Source of the DNA: Paraspadella gotoi
Taxonomy: Eukaryota; Animalia; Chaetognatha
Reading direction: 5' to 3'
Length of the DNA stretch: 64,000 nucleotides
Assembly: GCA_051294375.1 (NCBI GenBank)
Contig: CM119263.1
Span: forward strand, 20,054,115 to 20,118,114
The notes below the pieces were generated by a model, which was not told where the DNA came from, ran no database searches, and saw nothing but the letters and a program-made list of their open reading frames with translations. The stretch's first letter is position 1. Every line of letters starts with the position of its first letter. Of the stretch, positions 41,410 to 54,312 are shown piece by piece. The position numbers were made by a program, and so were the translations under genes.

Positions 41410-42895
41410 CTTTTCCTCAGTCAATCTAAATTTCGACTAAAAAGCTGAAAACTCTGGCAACCGTAGCGAAGTGCGGGCGTTTTTAAGGGTCGTGAATTCC
41501 TGGCGCCGTGAGCGCGAAAGATGCGACGGTACACACGCCCGCTTCAATTCTCTCGACGCATTTTTTTTCTCGTCGGCGCCGACAACTAGTAGCGTACCGA
41601 CAGACCGGCAGACGCTGAATAGACGACGCCGTTGTAGTGACAGGATGACAGGTTTACGAAGTTCGATCCTCGAATAGACGAAGGCCGCTCGAGCCCTTGA
41701 TAAATCGCCTCGATTTCGATATCAGAAAAAAAATATCCCGAGTCGAAAAAAAATATTTTATCGACTCAAATCTCGATTTAATTCGTCGAATTTTCGACTG
41801 AATTTTTGTGGAAATGATAGATTAAATCTAGAAATCTACGCGTTAGGTCCAAGCTGTTTTTAAATATTTGGAAAACTCGGGTTTTTTAAAACTCTAATAC
41901 ATCTATGTAAAGATTCATCTCTCGTCACCCTGACGCACGTAAGGTTTTCACTGTTTCCAGCTCGCTGGTACTAAAACCGCCGATCCGTGTTTCTATTCGT
42001 ACATAAAAGATTAAGCATTAAGCATTAAATATCGAAATTGTACAATAAAAAAAAATCTGTAACCGTCACGCCTCCGGGGACCGTCGACCGAAACGAATCT
42101 CGTTCCGGTTTCTGCCTTCGGCGAAAGCGAGGCTCTGGCGACGATCCAAGAAAAAAAAAATCCAATAAACCGCGGATTTGATGGCGACGGTTGACCAGCG
42201 AGGGAAGCGGCCCGAGAAATCTCCAATCCTCCTCCGGATATTCTTTTGAAAAGCCTCGATGATTTGAGCGGAACGCGGAATTAAAAAGTTTATGGCCAAG
42301 AAAAAGGGCGGGAAATACGTCGCAACGCCCTTCTGTACATATTTGCGGCGACGTTTTTTTCCGAGAAATATAAATTTTAAGATCAATAATCAATACTGCC
42401 CATTTACGATGTAAAAATTGATGTGAATTTGGCGCGGTTGAACGCTTCCGATACGCTTCCGATATCAGCTAAACTCGCGATTGCGTGAAACGAGCTTTCC
42501 GGTTTTCTCCCTTGATTTTATCTTTCAATCGATGTTGACGCGTCCGCTGTCGTCGGAGCGTTTTCATCAATAGTTAAACCCATTTATTTTATATCGTTAC
42601 AATGATGACTCTACATGGCCGAGTTCGAAAATAAACTCAGCTGCGGATTTTTAAAAGCGACGACGATCGTCAAACCGGAAACTCCGTCGATCGAAAACAA
42701 GAAATGTTGCAGCTGCGTCGTACAGCTGCGTTGTTCGCTAATGCGCCGTTTGGTGGCACTGAGGCGGTCGACTTACTCGTACGTCGTGGAAATATGGGTC
42801 TGTCCGGAAGAAAAATTTTACATTTCACATGAAGCACCCAGAGGGTAAAAGCGGGAACAATTTTGTGCGTCGCTTTGACCGAACCTTGGGTATTT

Positions 42896-43390
42896 ACTTA
42901 TATCATGTCAGAACATCGAATTATGATAAATTGAGCAAAAAAATGATGTCCGTTCGTCCGTCCGTCTGTCGGTCCGTCTGTCTGTCTGTCCGTCCGTCCC
43001 ACCTTAGTAAAAAACACCAATTACTCGTGATTTGATGGATGGATTAGGATGAAATTTTGTGTGTGGGTAGGAAAGTGTGTGATTGAGCTGGAAATCAAGT
43101 TTCGATGGAATCGTCCGAGTGGAAATGAGTTAAAATGGAAAAACAACAAACAATATTTCACTATTTGAACGCCAATTACTCATAAGTGAATGGGGCGATT
43201 GACTTCAAATTTTGTATGTGGGTAGGAAAGTGTGTGATTGAGCAGGAAATAAAGTTTCGATGGAATCGTCCAAGTGAAAATGAGTTAGTATGGAAAAAAT
43301 AAACAATCGATTTCACAATTTAATTATTATTTTTTTATTTTTATATTAAATGTAAATTCAAGCTGCATTAATTAATTATTAATAAATAAC
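42896..43390 (-). mobile_element. Family D copy, reverse orientation
   Basis: ACTTATATCATGTCAGAACATCGAATTATGATAAATT, a (GTCC/GTCT)n tract and the duplicated unit match 9340-9838 in reverse complement. Confidence 0.8.
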
Positions 43391-43727
43391 TAATTAATTA
43401 ATTAATTAATTAATTAATTAATTAATGTGGCGCAACACACTGGATCTTGTTTCAAATTATAAGAACAGATTCAGATTCCTCATAAAAAGTTGATGAAAGA
43501 AAATAGAAATATTTTTAAAAAATTATGTCAGTTAGTAAGTTAAAATTACAAAAAAACTATATTTTTATGTTAAAAATTAAAAATTAGTATCTCAAATATA
43601 GTTTTTTACTTTTTTGACCTACACAATTACATTTTTTTTTATTACACGTTCTTTTATTAACTTTTTACAAAAATTTATTTTGAAATTTAAGCCTATTATT
43701 TATTTATTACTGTTCATAAATATAGCT

Positions 43728-43935
43728 CAGTAATATACTGTGGTGGGCTAGGGTCCACCAACCGTTCATCAGCGGCCATTGGTGCTGGAGGCATTCGCCT
43801 CCCGGCCGAGGTCCGGGGTTCTGGCCCGGTGGTCGTCTGGCAGTTGGGAGGGCGGGGCGCTTGCCCGCCTTGTGGCATCGGTGTTACCAGCCTGATCCGA
43901 AGCTCAGTCGGACCTGCTTATATACTTGAACGGTT
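43728..43935. other. GC-rich multi-hairpin island, possible structured ncRNA or mobile-element end
   Basis: Closing stem AACCGTTCA/TGAACGGTT plus hairpins TGGTGG/CCACCA, GGAGGC/GCCTCC, GGCGGG/CCCGCC and TCCGA/TCGGA inside very AT-rich DNA. Confidence 0.4.
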
Positions 43936-44791
43936 CGTCACTAACTAACAATAATTACTGTCTCTTCAATACCAATTTACCAATGTACATATTTCATATA
44001 AAATTAAAAATCAAGGTATTTTTATAGGTTTTTATTTTAAAGTTCTATATGGTAAATTTTTTTCTAATTAATCAAAAACAAATTGTTCATTTTAAATTTT
44101 CTTTTTCTCTACTGGTCTCAAAGTTACGATAAATAAGACTTGATAAGCTTACAATTTTAATATTTTATTCCGAAAACCACTACCCCCGCGATCAAAATTA
44201 CTTACCTGCCACGGAGGCGAGCTGTTTTAAGTCAAATGCGAGAAAGATGTCGACGATTTTACTGACTTTTGTCGTCGTCGACGCTGTCGCTTTCATCTTA
44301 TGATTTAATGTAATAGTATTATAATATTTTTTTAGGCAGATTATTTTTCAAAATCAGAGCTCAAGAGGGTTTTACTTATGTGGTTCTTTGCTGATCGCGG
44401 ATGTTCAAAAATTCGAACGTTATACTTGAAGCTCAATTGCAACAACATCAACAAAAACCCCGCGATTATTAATATTTTCGGGCAAGAAATTTCGACGGTT
44501 ACGTGAGGAGTCGAAAAAAGGAAAAAAAAGAGGTAAGTGACAACTGACATGTTGTCGAAATTCTGGACGCGAAAGAAAATTGGTTTCAGGGATAAGAAAC
44601 TTTCTTACCCTAGAAAGTGGTCGTATTCCCATCTCAATCGGCAAAAGACAAATGATTAGCGACGGCTCTTACAATAATTGTCATTTAGAAAAATAGGAAA
44701 TGTAGGAATGACGTCGAAAGTCGGAAACAGTTACAAACAGGATTTAGTAATCTTTGCAATTACTAAATCGACGAATTCGAAAAAGTAAAAA

Positions 44792-45446
44792 NNNNNNNNN
44801 NNNNNNNNNNNNNNNNNNNNNNNNNNNNNNNNNNNNNNNNNNNNNNNNNNNNNNNNNNNNNNNNNNNNNNNNNNNNNNNNNNNNNNNNNNNNNNNNNNNN
44901 NNNNNNNNNNNNNNNNNNNNNNNNNNNNNNNNNNNNNNNNNNNNNNNNNNNNNNNNNNNNNNNNNNNNNNNNNNNNNNNNNNNNNNNNNNNNNNNNNNNN
45001 NNNNNNCCAAACTGGTTGCTGCAGGAACAAAAAAAAATTAGAGATTCAGCAAGTCGAGTTGGGCGTCCTCGAAGCCGGCCCCAACTTTGTGTGATACATT
45101 CGCGATCTATGTGATAGTTTTCGCGAAAATGTGAGCGAAAATGAGATCGGTTTATCTATTCGGAGATGGTTTTGGTTCTCGAGGTAATTGCTTTAATCGG
45201 TAAGTCATATGTAGTTGGTAAGTTTAAATTTTTCCTGTCGTGCCTGATGTAAATGTCGAAGTGATGAAGATTCCTGTTTAAATTATCAAANNNNNNNNNN
45301 NNNNNNNNNNNNNNNNNNNNNNNNNNNNNNNNNNNNNNNNNNNNNNNNNNNNNNNNNNNNNNNNNNNNNNNNNNNNNNNNNNNNNNNNNNNNNNNNNNNN
45401 NNNNNNNNNNNNNNNNNNNNNNNNNNNNNNNNNNNNNNNNNNNNNN
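44792..45446. other. Two assembly gaps (44792-45006 and 45291-45446)
   Basis: Runs of N. Confidence 1.
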
Positions 45447-46047
45447 AGCTTCTGATATTCTGGAAATGAATCCGAGTCATTTTGACTCAAAAAGAATGAG
45501 CGGGTTAGGGGAAGCAAAATGTACCCGGCAACTGCATAGGTGCGGAGCGTCGGGTGTAGGCGACCAACGGATAGTGGGTGTAATGAGCGTCGGCTGGAAC
45601 GGAGGCGGAATGGTGGAGGTTGCGCCGCGGAAGCGGCCGGGCGCGGCGGCTGAGAGAGCGGGCGAATGACGAGATATAAAGATAAAAATTCCATTCACTG
45701 TGCTCTTGCGAAAAATGCGATAATGGATGAATAAATTTCTCAATATGTACTTATATAAAATATATTAAAAAGTCACACACGAATCGAAGCAATAATAAAA
45801 CTTAAAACAGAGATCCAGATTTCAAGTGCTTTCGATTTTCTACAAATCGGAAGACAAAAGTATGTAAAAGATGTACCCTCAAGATTAAACTAAATCGAAC
45901 CAAATCGAACCAAATTCTAAATCCTGAAGATAGAAAGTAAAATGGCGTCTCGGGAGTGACACACTTTTCCCTGTGACTTCAACTTGGCACACTTCTAAAC
46001 TGTCTAAAAGTTTTTTTCTTTTTTTGGCACTCTTAGCTCTCTCTCTT

Positions 46048-46100
<53 letters not shown>

Positions 46101-46844
46101 TCCAATAGAAGAAATTAATGAAGGCATTTGAGCAAAGGAATTCGCTCACCATCGCCACTTGATTAAGCGTTCGATGTTTGACGAACCTTTTTTTCTCTTT
46201 ATTCACGAAAAGTCTGCGACGCGTCAGTTCACGCGATTGTGATTAAATATTCGACTCGATTAAAAAAAAAACTCAAAACTTCTGTGCGAATTCACTTCGT
46301 TCGGTCTCACGATTAAAGGTTTAAACTCATTCACAAAATCTGGAGACAACTGTTTTCTGTCGTCGAGCATTTTCTACTGGTAATACGTTTTCGTTTTTAC
46401 TCCAGATTCCAAAGTGTGAAATGGTGCTCGACCGATTGTATTTCATTATTTACAGGGAGGTTTTTATGAGAATAAACTAGTATTAAAAGTTAAGAATTTC
46501 GTTTTCCATCGAGAAATAAATATCATCTCGATCAGATTTTTTCCATTACATGTGTACTGTGTGTAGTGTGTAGAGATTAAAGCTCTTACTGTTTCGTCGG
46601 TTTCTATTTCTTAGTTTGTGCTTTCTCTTCGTTCTCTGTCAAAGTCGTAGTACTTGCCATCTTCTCAATCGTTCTCCGTTTTGTTCTCTTGTTCATATGT
46701 ACGTCATTCTTAAGTTTTCCGTCTTTTCCTAATTTTCCTTCTCATAATTTTTCCCTCCTCGAAAATCTTAGAGGCAAACCTCCCTTTCATCGACCGTGAA
46801 ATTGTCTCTTAGATTCACGTTTTTGTCTTTTCTCGATTACTTCT

Positions 46845-46899
<55 letters not shown>

Positions 46900-47064
46900 G
46901 TCTCTTCTCTCTCCTCCTTCCTCTCTCTCTCGTCTCTCTCTCTCTCTCTCTCTCTCTGTTAAAGATTTTGGCTCATTTTGGTTTTTATTCTCTCTCTATT
47001 GAGACTCCTTTATTCGATTCCCTTTGAGCGTGTCAGGTTTTGCCCCCTTTTCATTGCGCTCTTT

Positions 47065-47155
<91 letters not shown>

Positions 47156-47366
47156 TTCCCATTATCCCCCTATCCATCCTTTTACTTCTACGGAGAAGCA
47201 AAAGCATAAACAATTTTATGGGGCGGATATGTGGAAATTCAGGTTGGAGATTGTGGACGTCACGCGGTGCGGGGACCCAGTTTTTTATTGAATGAGACAC
47301 TTTTTACCATCAACATGTTACGTATTTTATAATAAAAAATCAGAACTAACTAAGCTTCCAGGAAGC

Positions 47367-47417
<51 letters not shown>

Positions 47418-48216
47418 GTGAGTCAAAATTTAGTCTCGAGACGACATCAACCTCTTGGCAGAGTCGGATGAGAAAGGCGGAGCAGGCGACACAATAGACG
47501 GCGTCAATTTCAGCAGCGTTGCAGTTTCATTGTGACGCGTCGCAATTTAGAATTCCGTGGGCGACGCCGTTGGTGACGGTTAGTCCTATTGTCGGGGCCC
47601 TTAATTGTCTAAAATTTAATAGATAAATGTATACCTAAATGTAATGTATATTGATTCGACGACGAATAGCGAACAAAGTAGTCAGGAAAACTTTATTTCT
47701 TGTAAACATAAGATTTTGGGTTGTCCGAATTAGTTGTTTTTTTTGGTATAGTTTAGCCGTATTACTAATTATTATAAATATTATTACTATTATTACTATT
47801 ACTATATTATAAATATTACTACTACTATTAGTTAGAGAAAAACTAAAAGTGGCAGCATAGTTAACTTTTCCTTGTCTCTTCGAACACTGGCAGTCGAATT
47901 CTCGATTAAAATAGATTTTGCAATTTTCATATATAAACTTCATTGATAGACTTTTGAGATAAGGGACGAAAAAAAGGTTGCGAGGGAAAATCACCCCGAG
48001 CTTCATCCAAGAGCCATTACGGACATTACCGGGATATTGTTTATCGACTACGATTTATTCACTCTTGGAAGAGCATTTCCCGTGGGAAGCCATCTTGGTC
48101 GTAGGGACGACGTAAACATCGATTTAACCCAAGAGAGAGAAAAAAAAGTTTAGCGGAGGAAGCGAAAGCAATATTGGGTCGCGGAAATCAATTTTTGTGA
48201 GGTCGTCGCTTTGACT

Positions 48217-48267
48217 CATGGAATTATTCGCTTCTCTCAAAGTTTGAGAGAAGCGAATAATTCCATG
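48217..48267. repeat. Perfect 51-bp palindrome (25-bp arms, 1-nt centre)
   Basis: CATGGAATTATTCGCTTCTCTCAAA G TTTGAGAGAAGCGAATAATTCCATG. Confidence 0.95.
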
Positions 48268-48490
48268 TTTGTACTCAACAGTTAACTTGAGAGAAAATCT
48301 TGACTTTCCCTCGCCAGCCGACCGATGGTGACAATTTTCTGCAATGTCCTTTTTGTTTTAATAGTGGGCAGTAATTTTGTTTTTACAAAGAAGACTGATG
48401 GAAGTTGCTGAATTTCTATCTTTAAGCCTTCATTGAGGAAAAGTTGAGAAACGTTTACTTAATCCCGTAGATCGAGTCAAATCAACATTT

Positions 48491-48655
48491 TGTGACAGCA
48501 AGACTTAAAGCTGCCTCGTTAAAACCGTGCGTCCCGGGTTCTAACCCTGTGACGGAGCTGGTCCAAACATGCCAGTGACAGGAGGCGGTCGCTCAGGGTC
48601 CGCAGCTCCTATGCCAGTTGATGAGATACCCCGCGGCATTCCCCGTTTTGCCATA
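48491..48655 (+). mobile_element. Family A copy 2, internally deleted
   Basis: ATTT|TGTGACAGCAAGACTTAAAGCTGCCTC..AAACATGCCAGTGACAGGAGGCGGTC..TTGCCATA|ATTT; aligns to 13933-14189. Confidence 0.85.
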
Positions 48656-48947
48656 ATTTACTAATAAAAAATAAAAAAAACATTTTGGCGTCTGGTACAA
48701 TTCGGACTCATAACCAAGCGAAGTTTAAGTATTTATTTCAGGAAAACTATATCAGCAACCCCTCCCAATTGTTTACCGATCGAGCGAAGTTTGCTAAAAA
48801 CGACTTTTGTTGTTGTCAAAGGTGAACAATATTCCGGTTTCGGCAAAGGAGAACAAGCGAAGGGCGTCGACAGAGAAACACCATAAAAGGCGAAAAAAAG
48901 GGAAAAAAATTCCAGCGACGAAAGGAAGGGGCAGCCGAGGGCACGGC

Positions 48948-48961
48948 GTTTCCATGGCAAC
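48948..48961. promoter_or_regulatory. Canonical RFX X-box motif
   Basis: GTTTCCATGGCAAC matches the palindromic GTTNCCATGGNAAC consensus; single site, target unknown. Confidence 0.35.
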
Positions 48962-51900
48962 GACTATGACGACGTCGACGACAAGCGAAAGATTATGAAA
49001 AATTGAAGAGCGAAATACGACGATGATGTAGGGATCTAGGGATTATTAAAACAAATAGTGGTCGACGAAAACTTATAAATAATGAATTTTGAAAAACCCG
49101 CCGCCATTTAATACATTAGTAATAGTATTTACTTAGCAAATAATGTGACGTAAGTTTTTGTTGTTCGTGGAAAATTAAGCGAGTTTTGGGAACAATGACA
49201 AAAAATTGAGAATTAAACGGAAAAAGAATTTTCGCGTTTGAGTGATTGAAAGGATTTTCGGATCTGGTGGGACAGATTTGTGGCGGAGATTAAGGATTGT
49301 AGATGTAGTAGAGTGGGTGGAAGAAAAAAACAGGGGTGAATAAATGTGTATAAATTGAAGTCACCGGCGACGATAAAACGAGGATGGGATTTTTTTTTCT
49401 CGGCATCAACGTCGGGTGATTGTGTTACGACCACATCGGGTCATCAAGTTTCCTGGGTCATTTTCGGATCCCTCTCACGGACGAGTCACTTGGGTCGATT
49501 TCAGAAGCAAAGGGGCGGGAAAAGATCCGAGCGGCATTGAAACGAGTCGCCGGGGCGGAAGGACCTCGGGCAGAGCCGGGACGGCACGACGCCGATGCGG
49601 TAATCTTCGGCGTCATTAACGCCGTAAAAAACGAGGCCGTAAATTCGTTTTCGCGGGGATTTTTCTTTTTCTCCGTGGCGTCGTCGTTGTTTGCGTCGTC
49701 GTCGTCGTCGCCGTCGTCGGGGCCGATGGTAGAAGGAAACCAAGTTTCACTTACGTAACGAAAACTCATAGGAGAGACGGTTACGCTCCATCCTCGATCA
49801 TTAGTTTTAATGGACGAGGACGTAATTTATAATTCTTTTTTCTTCCCGTGTTTTACTTTCTTTTTAAGCACCATGGCGGATTGTCAATGAATGCAAATAT
49901 CCCGAAAAAAAGGACATCGGTAAAACTGGAAAGATCCATTGGTTTTACCGCTATCCGAAGAAGAACATTCGAAATTAATAATTTTACATGAATATCGTTT
50001 ATACCAAAACAAATATAAATTGTTTTTTCCTTTGAGGTTTAAGGTCAAAGAGCAGAATGACGACGACCTTGATCATGAGGTCTTGATTATGAGGTCTCAG
50101 GACGTCGCTGAGAAATAAAAGTAAAGAGGAGAACGGGGCGAAAAAAGGAGAACAGAGCTGAGGAGCGAATGAGTGAAGTGGAGAACGGAAAGAATAGAGG
50201 AGAAGGCTGAAGAGGGTAGGACGGATGGGATATGATAGGACATAAGGAAAAGGGGGAAGAACTAGGAATTGAGAAGAAAAATGGCGGGAAAACAGGACTT
50301 GATACTTGAGAAACAATTGTGGGTTGCTGCAAACAGACAAGAAATTGACGTCTGACGTTAGATAAAATCAGAAAAAAAAATCTAGGGTGAAAAATCGAAA
50401 AAGTAGTAGCGTCATACGACGCGACATCAAGCAAGAAAAGTGTGGATTTGGGAAAAATTATGAGCGAACTTCGAAAGGACTTAAGGACATTAGAAAAGAA
50501 AAGAAAACCCAAGAGGAAGAGCGAAATGTAATCGGAGATGGAAGAACTGATCTGATAGGCGTCAAGCGAGGACGGAGGTGTAAAAAAAAAAAGAGAATGG
50601 AGGGGCAGAGAAAAAAAGGGGAGACGAGCGAATCGCGTACATAAGAAACTCCGGACTGGTGGTCGCTCGTCTTCGTCTTTCCTTTCCAAACAAAGTTTAG
50701 CGAATAAATCCGGAAAGGGAAAACCCAATCCGAAAGCAAAGGAAAAAAAAGAAGAAAAAAAAAACTCTTTGTTTTTTTGGAAATCGAAATCTTTTCCGGC
50801 CCATTTACCTCTGACCCTCCTTCGCCACCCGATCCCTTTTGCGGCGGATTCCCCATCTCGTCATCCACTTTACTTCTTATTTTTCCCAATTTTCTTTTTT
50901 TTTCTTCTGCATTTCACTTCTTCTTGTCACTTCTCTTCTCATTTCCCTTTCGCTTTTACAATCCCACTTTTACGTTTTTTTTTGGTTTTTTTTTGTTTTT
51001 TTTTCCCCCATTTTTTATTTTTTCCTTTCTCTTTTATCTTTCTCTTCTCCTTTTCTCTCCTTTTTCCCTTTTTCAGTTTCTTCTTAATTTTTCCCACCTC
51101 TTCCTCCTCCTCCTCCTCCTCCTCCTCTACTCCCGTCACCCTGTCCCCCTTACTCTCTCTATTCCCCGCCCCCCCCGTTTCCCGCGTTGGACTGTATTGA
51201 GGCGAGCCGGGGTGAGCTCAAGGTAAGGCGATTAGGAACGAATGCGGGACGTAATTGGGTCAGGATCGCGGATCGAAGGTCGAAAAGGGTGAGGCGCGGG
51301 TATGGGAGATTGTCGAAGAGAGATTTACGATTTAGGTGAGTAAACTTGAAGATTCAGAGAATGGGTTAGAAATTTAATGTTAGGGCGAGTAACTTGGAAG
51401 TTGAGGAGAGGAGTTTAAAAATATTTTTTTATTTAAAGGACGTCAAACCGGGATTGTGAAAGTCTTTATTTCTCGAGCGACGCTGCCGAAAATCACCGAA
51501 TTCCCAAAGAAAAATTTCGCCGGAAGTGGGCGTGGCCGAACTCGCGGCGGACGAAATTTCTCGGCGTCCTTGCGTCTCCGATCGGGAGGAAGAAGGGACA
51601 GTTTTTGACACTGAATTATGTATCAGTCTCTCAAGGGAGGCTGCCAGTTACGGCGTTTCGGAGTAAACTTGGGGAAAAAAATGAGGAAATCTCGTGACCA
51701 AGCGCGAGTCTGGGGATAATGTTTGGTTTAGGAAAATGTAGGGACGCGTATTTTTTTTTTAAATTTCTGGTGACAGAGGCAAAGTCTTGGCGATTTAGAA
51801 AAGAGATAAGATTAGCTGAGGAGGACGTGGAAAGAAGAAAGGGACGAAAGGAGGAATGGCAAGGGGAAAGGAACTTGGGGTGGGAGTGGGGGAAAGGAAA

Positions 51901-52379
51901 CAACTTACCCATTTTGTTCCGATGTTTATGTTTCATCTTCCTAAATCTCGCGACGTAGAAACAGAGAATGGGAAAAGTAGCAGACGGCTTTCGGAAAAAA
52001 GGAGGAAGGAAAAAGAAAGGGAAGATTTAAAACGATAAAAGAAAAGCGGAGGAAATGGGAGAAAAAAAAAGATAAGATAAGTCGAACGAGAAAAAGGTTT
52101 CGAAATAAGAATAAATAAAGCGGACGAAATAAAGAAAGGAAATAAAAAAAAGAAAGAGAGAAAAAAAAAGGAAACGATTTTAAAACGAGAGAACGATCGT
52201 CGCGACATTGAGATCGGAGCGGCGAAAATGAAAAACGCACGGGAAACAAGTTTAGGAGGAAAAAATAAAACAAAATAAACAATAAAAATGAGGGGAAAAT
52301 TATTATAAGAGGAGCCAAGCAATAGAAATGGGGAAAATTGTTGAATGAGTGAAAACAACACCACGAGAGAAATACACGG

Positions 52380-52448
<69 letters not shown>

Positions 52449-52611
52449 AGAGAGAGAACGCCTAAACGAGCCACAGAAAAAATAGCCGGGGAAACTTTGC
52501 GAAGAGGGGGGAACTTTTTAAATAACAGAAAAACAAGAAAAGCGCCAAAAGAAATATGAGGCGAAAAGGGAAGTGGAACGAGACAAGAGAGAGAGAGAGA
52601 GAGAGAGAGGA

Positions 52612-52650
<39 letters not shown>

Positions 52651-52933
52651 GAGAGAGAGAGGGAGGTGCCGGAATTTCTAACCGGAAGTGGGTTTCCTCG
52701 CGACGTCTCGACGCTGATGATCGCCGAGGGATGGAGTTTCTTGGCGAAGCCGAAGAAGAGGCGGAGGATTAGGACGTTTCGGAGGCGGAGACGAGGGATG
52801 GAGTAGGGGGACGCGGACCGGGGACGGACCCGACGACCGGGGACTGGGACCGGAGGAAGTTTGTCGTCTCATAGTGGACGTGGGCGACATGTATCAAGGA
52901 AAAGTTGAGAATAACTTGGATTAGAAACAAGGT

Positions 52934-53050
52934 GGTGATCAAATTGACACCAGTTTTGTGATAAAAATGACACTGGTTTTGTGGTCAAATTGTCACCGGT
53001 TCGTGATCACGTTGGAACCAAGTTATGATCAAATTGTGCTCATGATCACA
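52934..53050. repeat. Minisatellite, ~5 copies of a ~23-bp unit
   Basis: GTGATCAAATTGACACCAGTTTT and degenerate copies. Confidence 0.7.
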
Positions 53051-53390
53051 AGGTGGAGTCTCGATGACGGGGAAAAAAACCTTAACGCTTGGCGAATCTG
53101 GTCGAGGGAGAAAGGCTCCTCAGTCCTCACCGGGCGGTCGAATTGGAAGGACCCGGAAGAGAGAGAGACAAGATTTAGCGCCGCCGCGACGCACCTGGGA
53201 CGAGTTGGTCCGGAACGGAATTCTCGGTCCGAAGGAAACGGGTTTCCGAATCGGTTGAGGGTGACGGCGACGGACCGACTGATTGACCGACGGACAGACG
53301 GAAGCACCGAAGTCGATTCGACCCATGAGAAATCCTGAAAATTTGCGAAGAGAGAAACCGACGAAGAGTTTCGAGGAAAGGGAAGGGGGC

Positions 53391-53487
<97 letters not shown>

Positions 53488-54312
53488 CGGGGGAGAGGGA
53501 AACTGACAAGGTGGGGAGAAAGGTGAAGGAACGATGTTAGGTAGGACAGGTGTCCACTGTCCAGTATCCAATGGCGTTAACTTAAACCTCAAACGCGATG
53601 AAAAATGTCATTTCAATTTATATGTTTTGCAATATTTTGGTAGTTCGGGTTCAAGATAGTGGGACGTAGCGTGTCATGATAGGGAGTTGTTTGGAAGTGA
53701 GAGCTGAGAACGACGAGTCAAGTTGGAGTAAGAAAACTGAATTTCTTGGGAAGAGGCCAAGTGGACAAGGGGGTCTAAGAAACGAAAGGAGCTGAGAAAT
53801 TAAAGGCAAAGGGAGAAACAAGTGAGAAAGGAAGAAAAAAGGAAAGCAAAGAATGAAGAGAAAGGGTTGGGTTTCGAGCCAGCGATCGGCGCCTCTCTCG
53901 GTGAGATGCAGATAAGATCCTGGCTGAACCTCTAATGGAATCCAAACAAACTTAAATTCCACCGATCGAATCGGAAAATAAGAATAGGGGGAAGGATGGT
54001 GAGAGGGGGCGGGGGCGGAGGTGGGTAGGGAGGTGGCTGAAAGGTGAGGCTAGAAGACATGGGGAGACAAAGCGAGAGACGTGAATAAATAAAGGGGAAA
54101 TAAGGAAAAAAGTTTGGAAGTGAAGAGAAAAAAAGAGGAAAAAAAGAAAGTGAAGAGATAAAGGGCTTAAGATCAGTCAATGGTTTAAATCAAGCTCTTT
54201 TTGTATCTAAGGATAATCATCCCTGTTTATAAAAATCTATGCTGGTGCAAAATAACGCGGAATAAGTGAAAAATATCTTTTCTTTTAATAAATAAGTAAA
54301 TCAATATAAAAA

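Noticed and set aside
43760-43780. CTGATGA on the minus strand as a third hammerhead
   Set aside because: No GAAA or stem III in any permutation.
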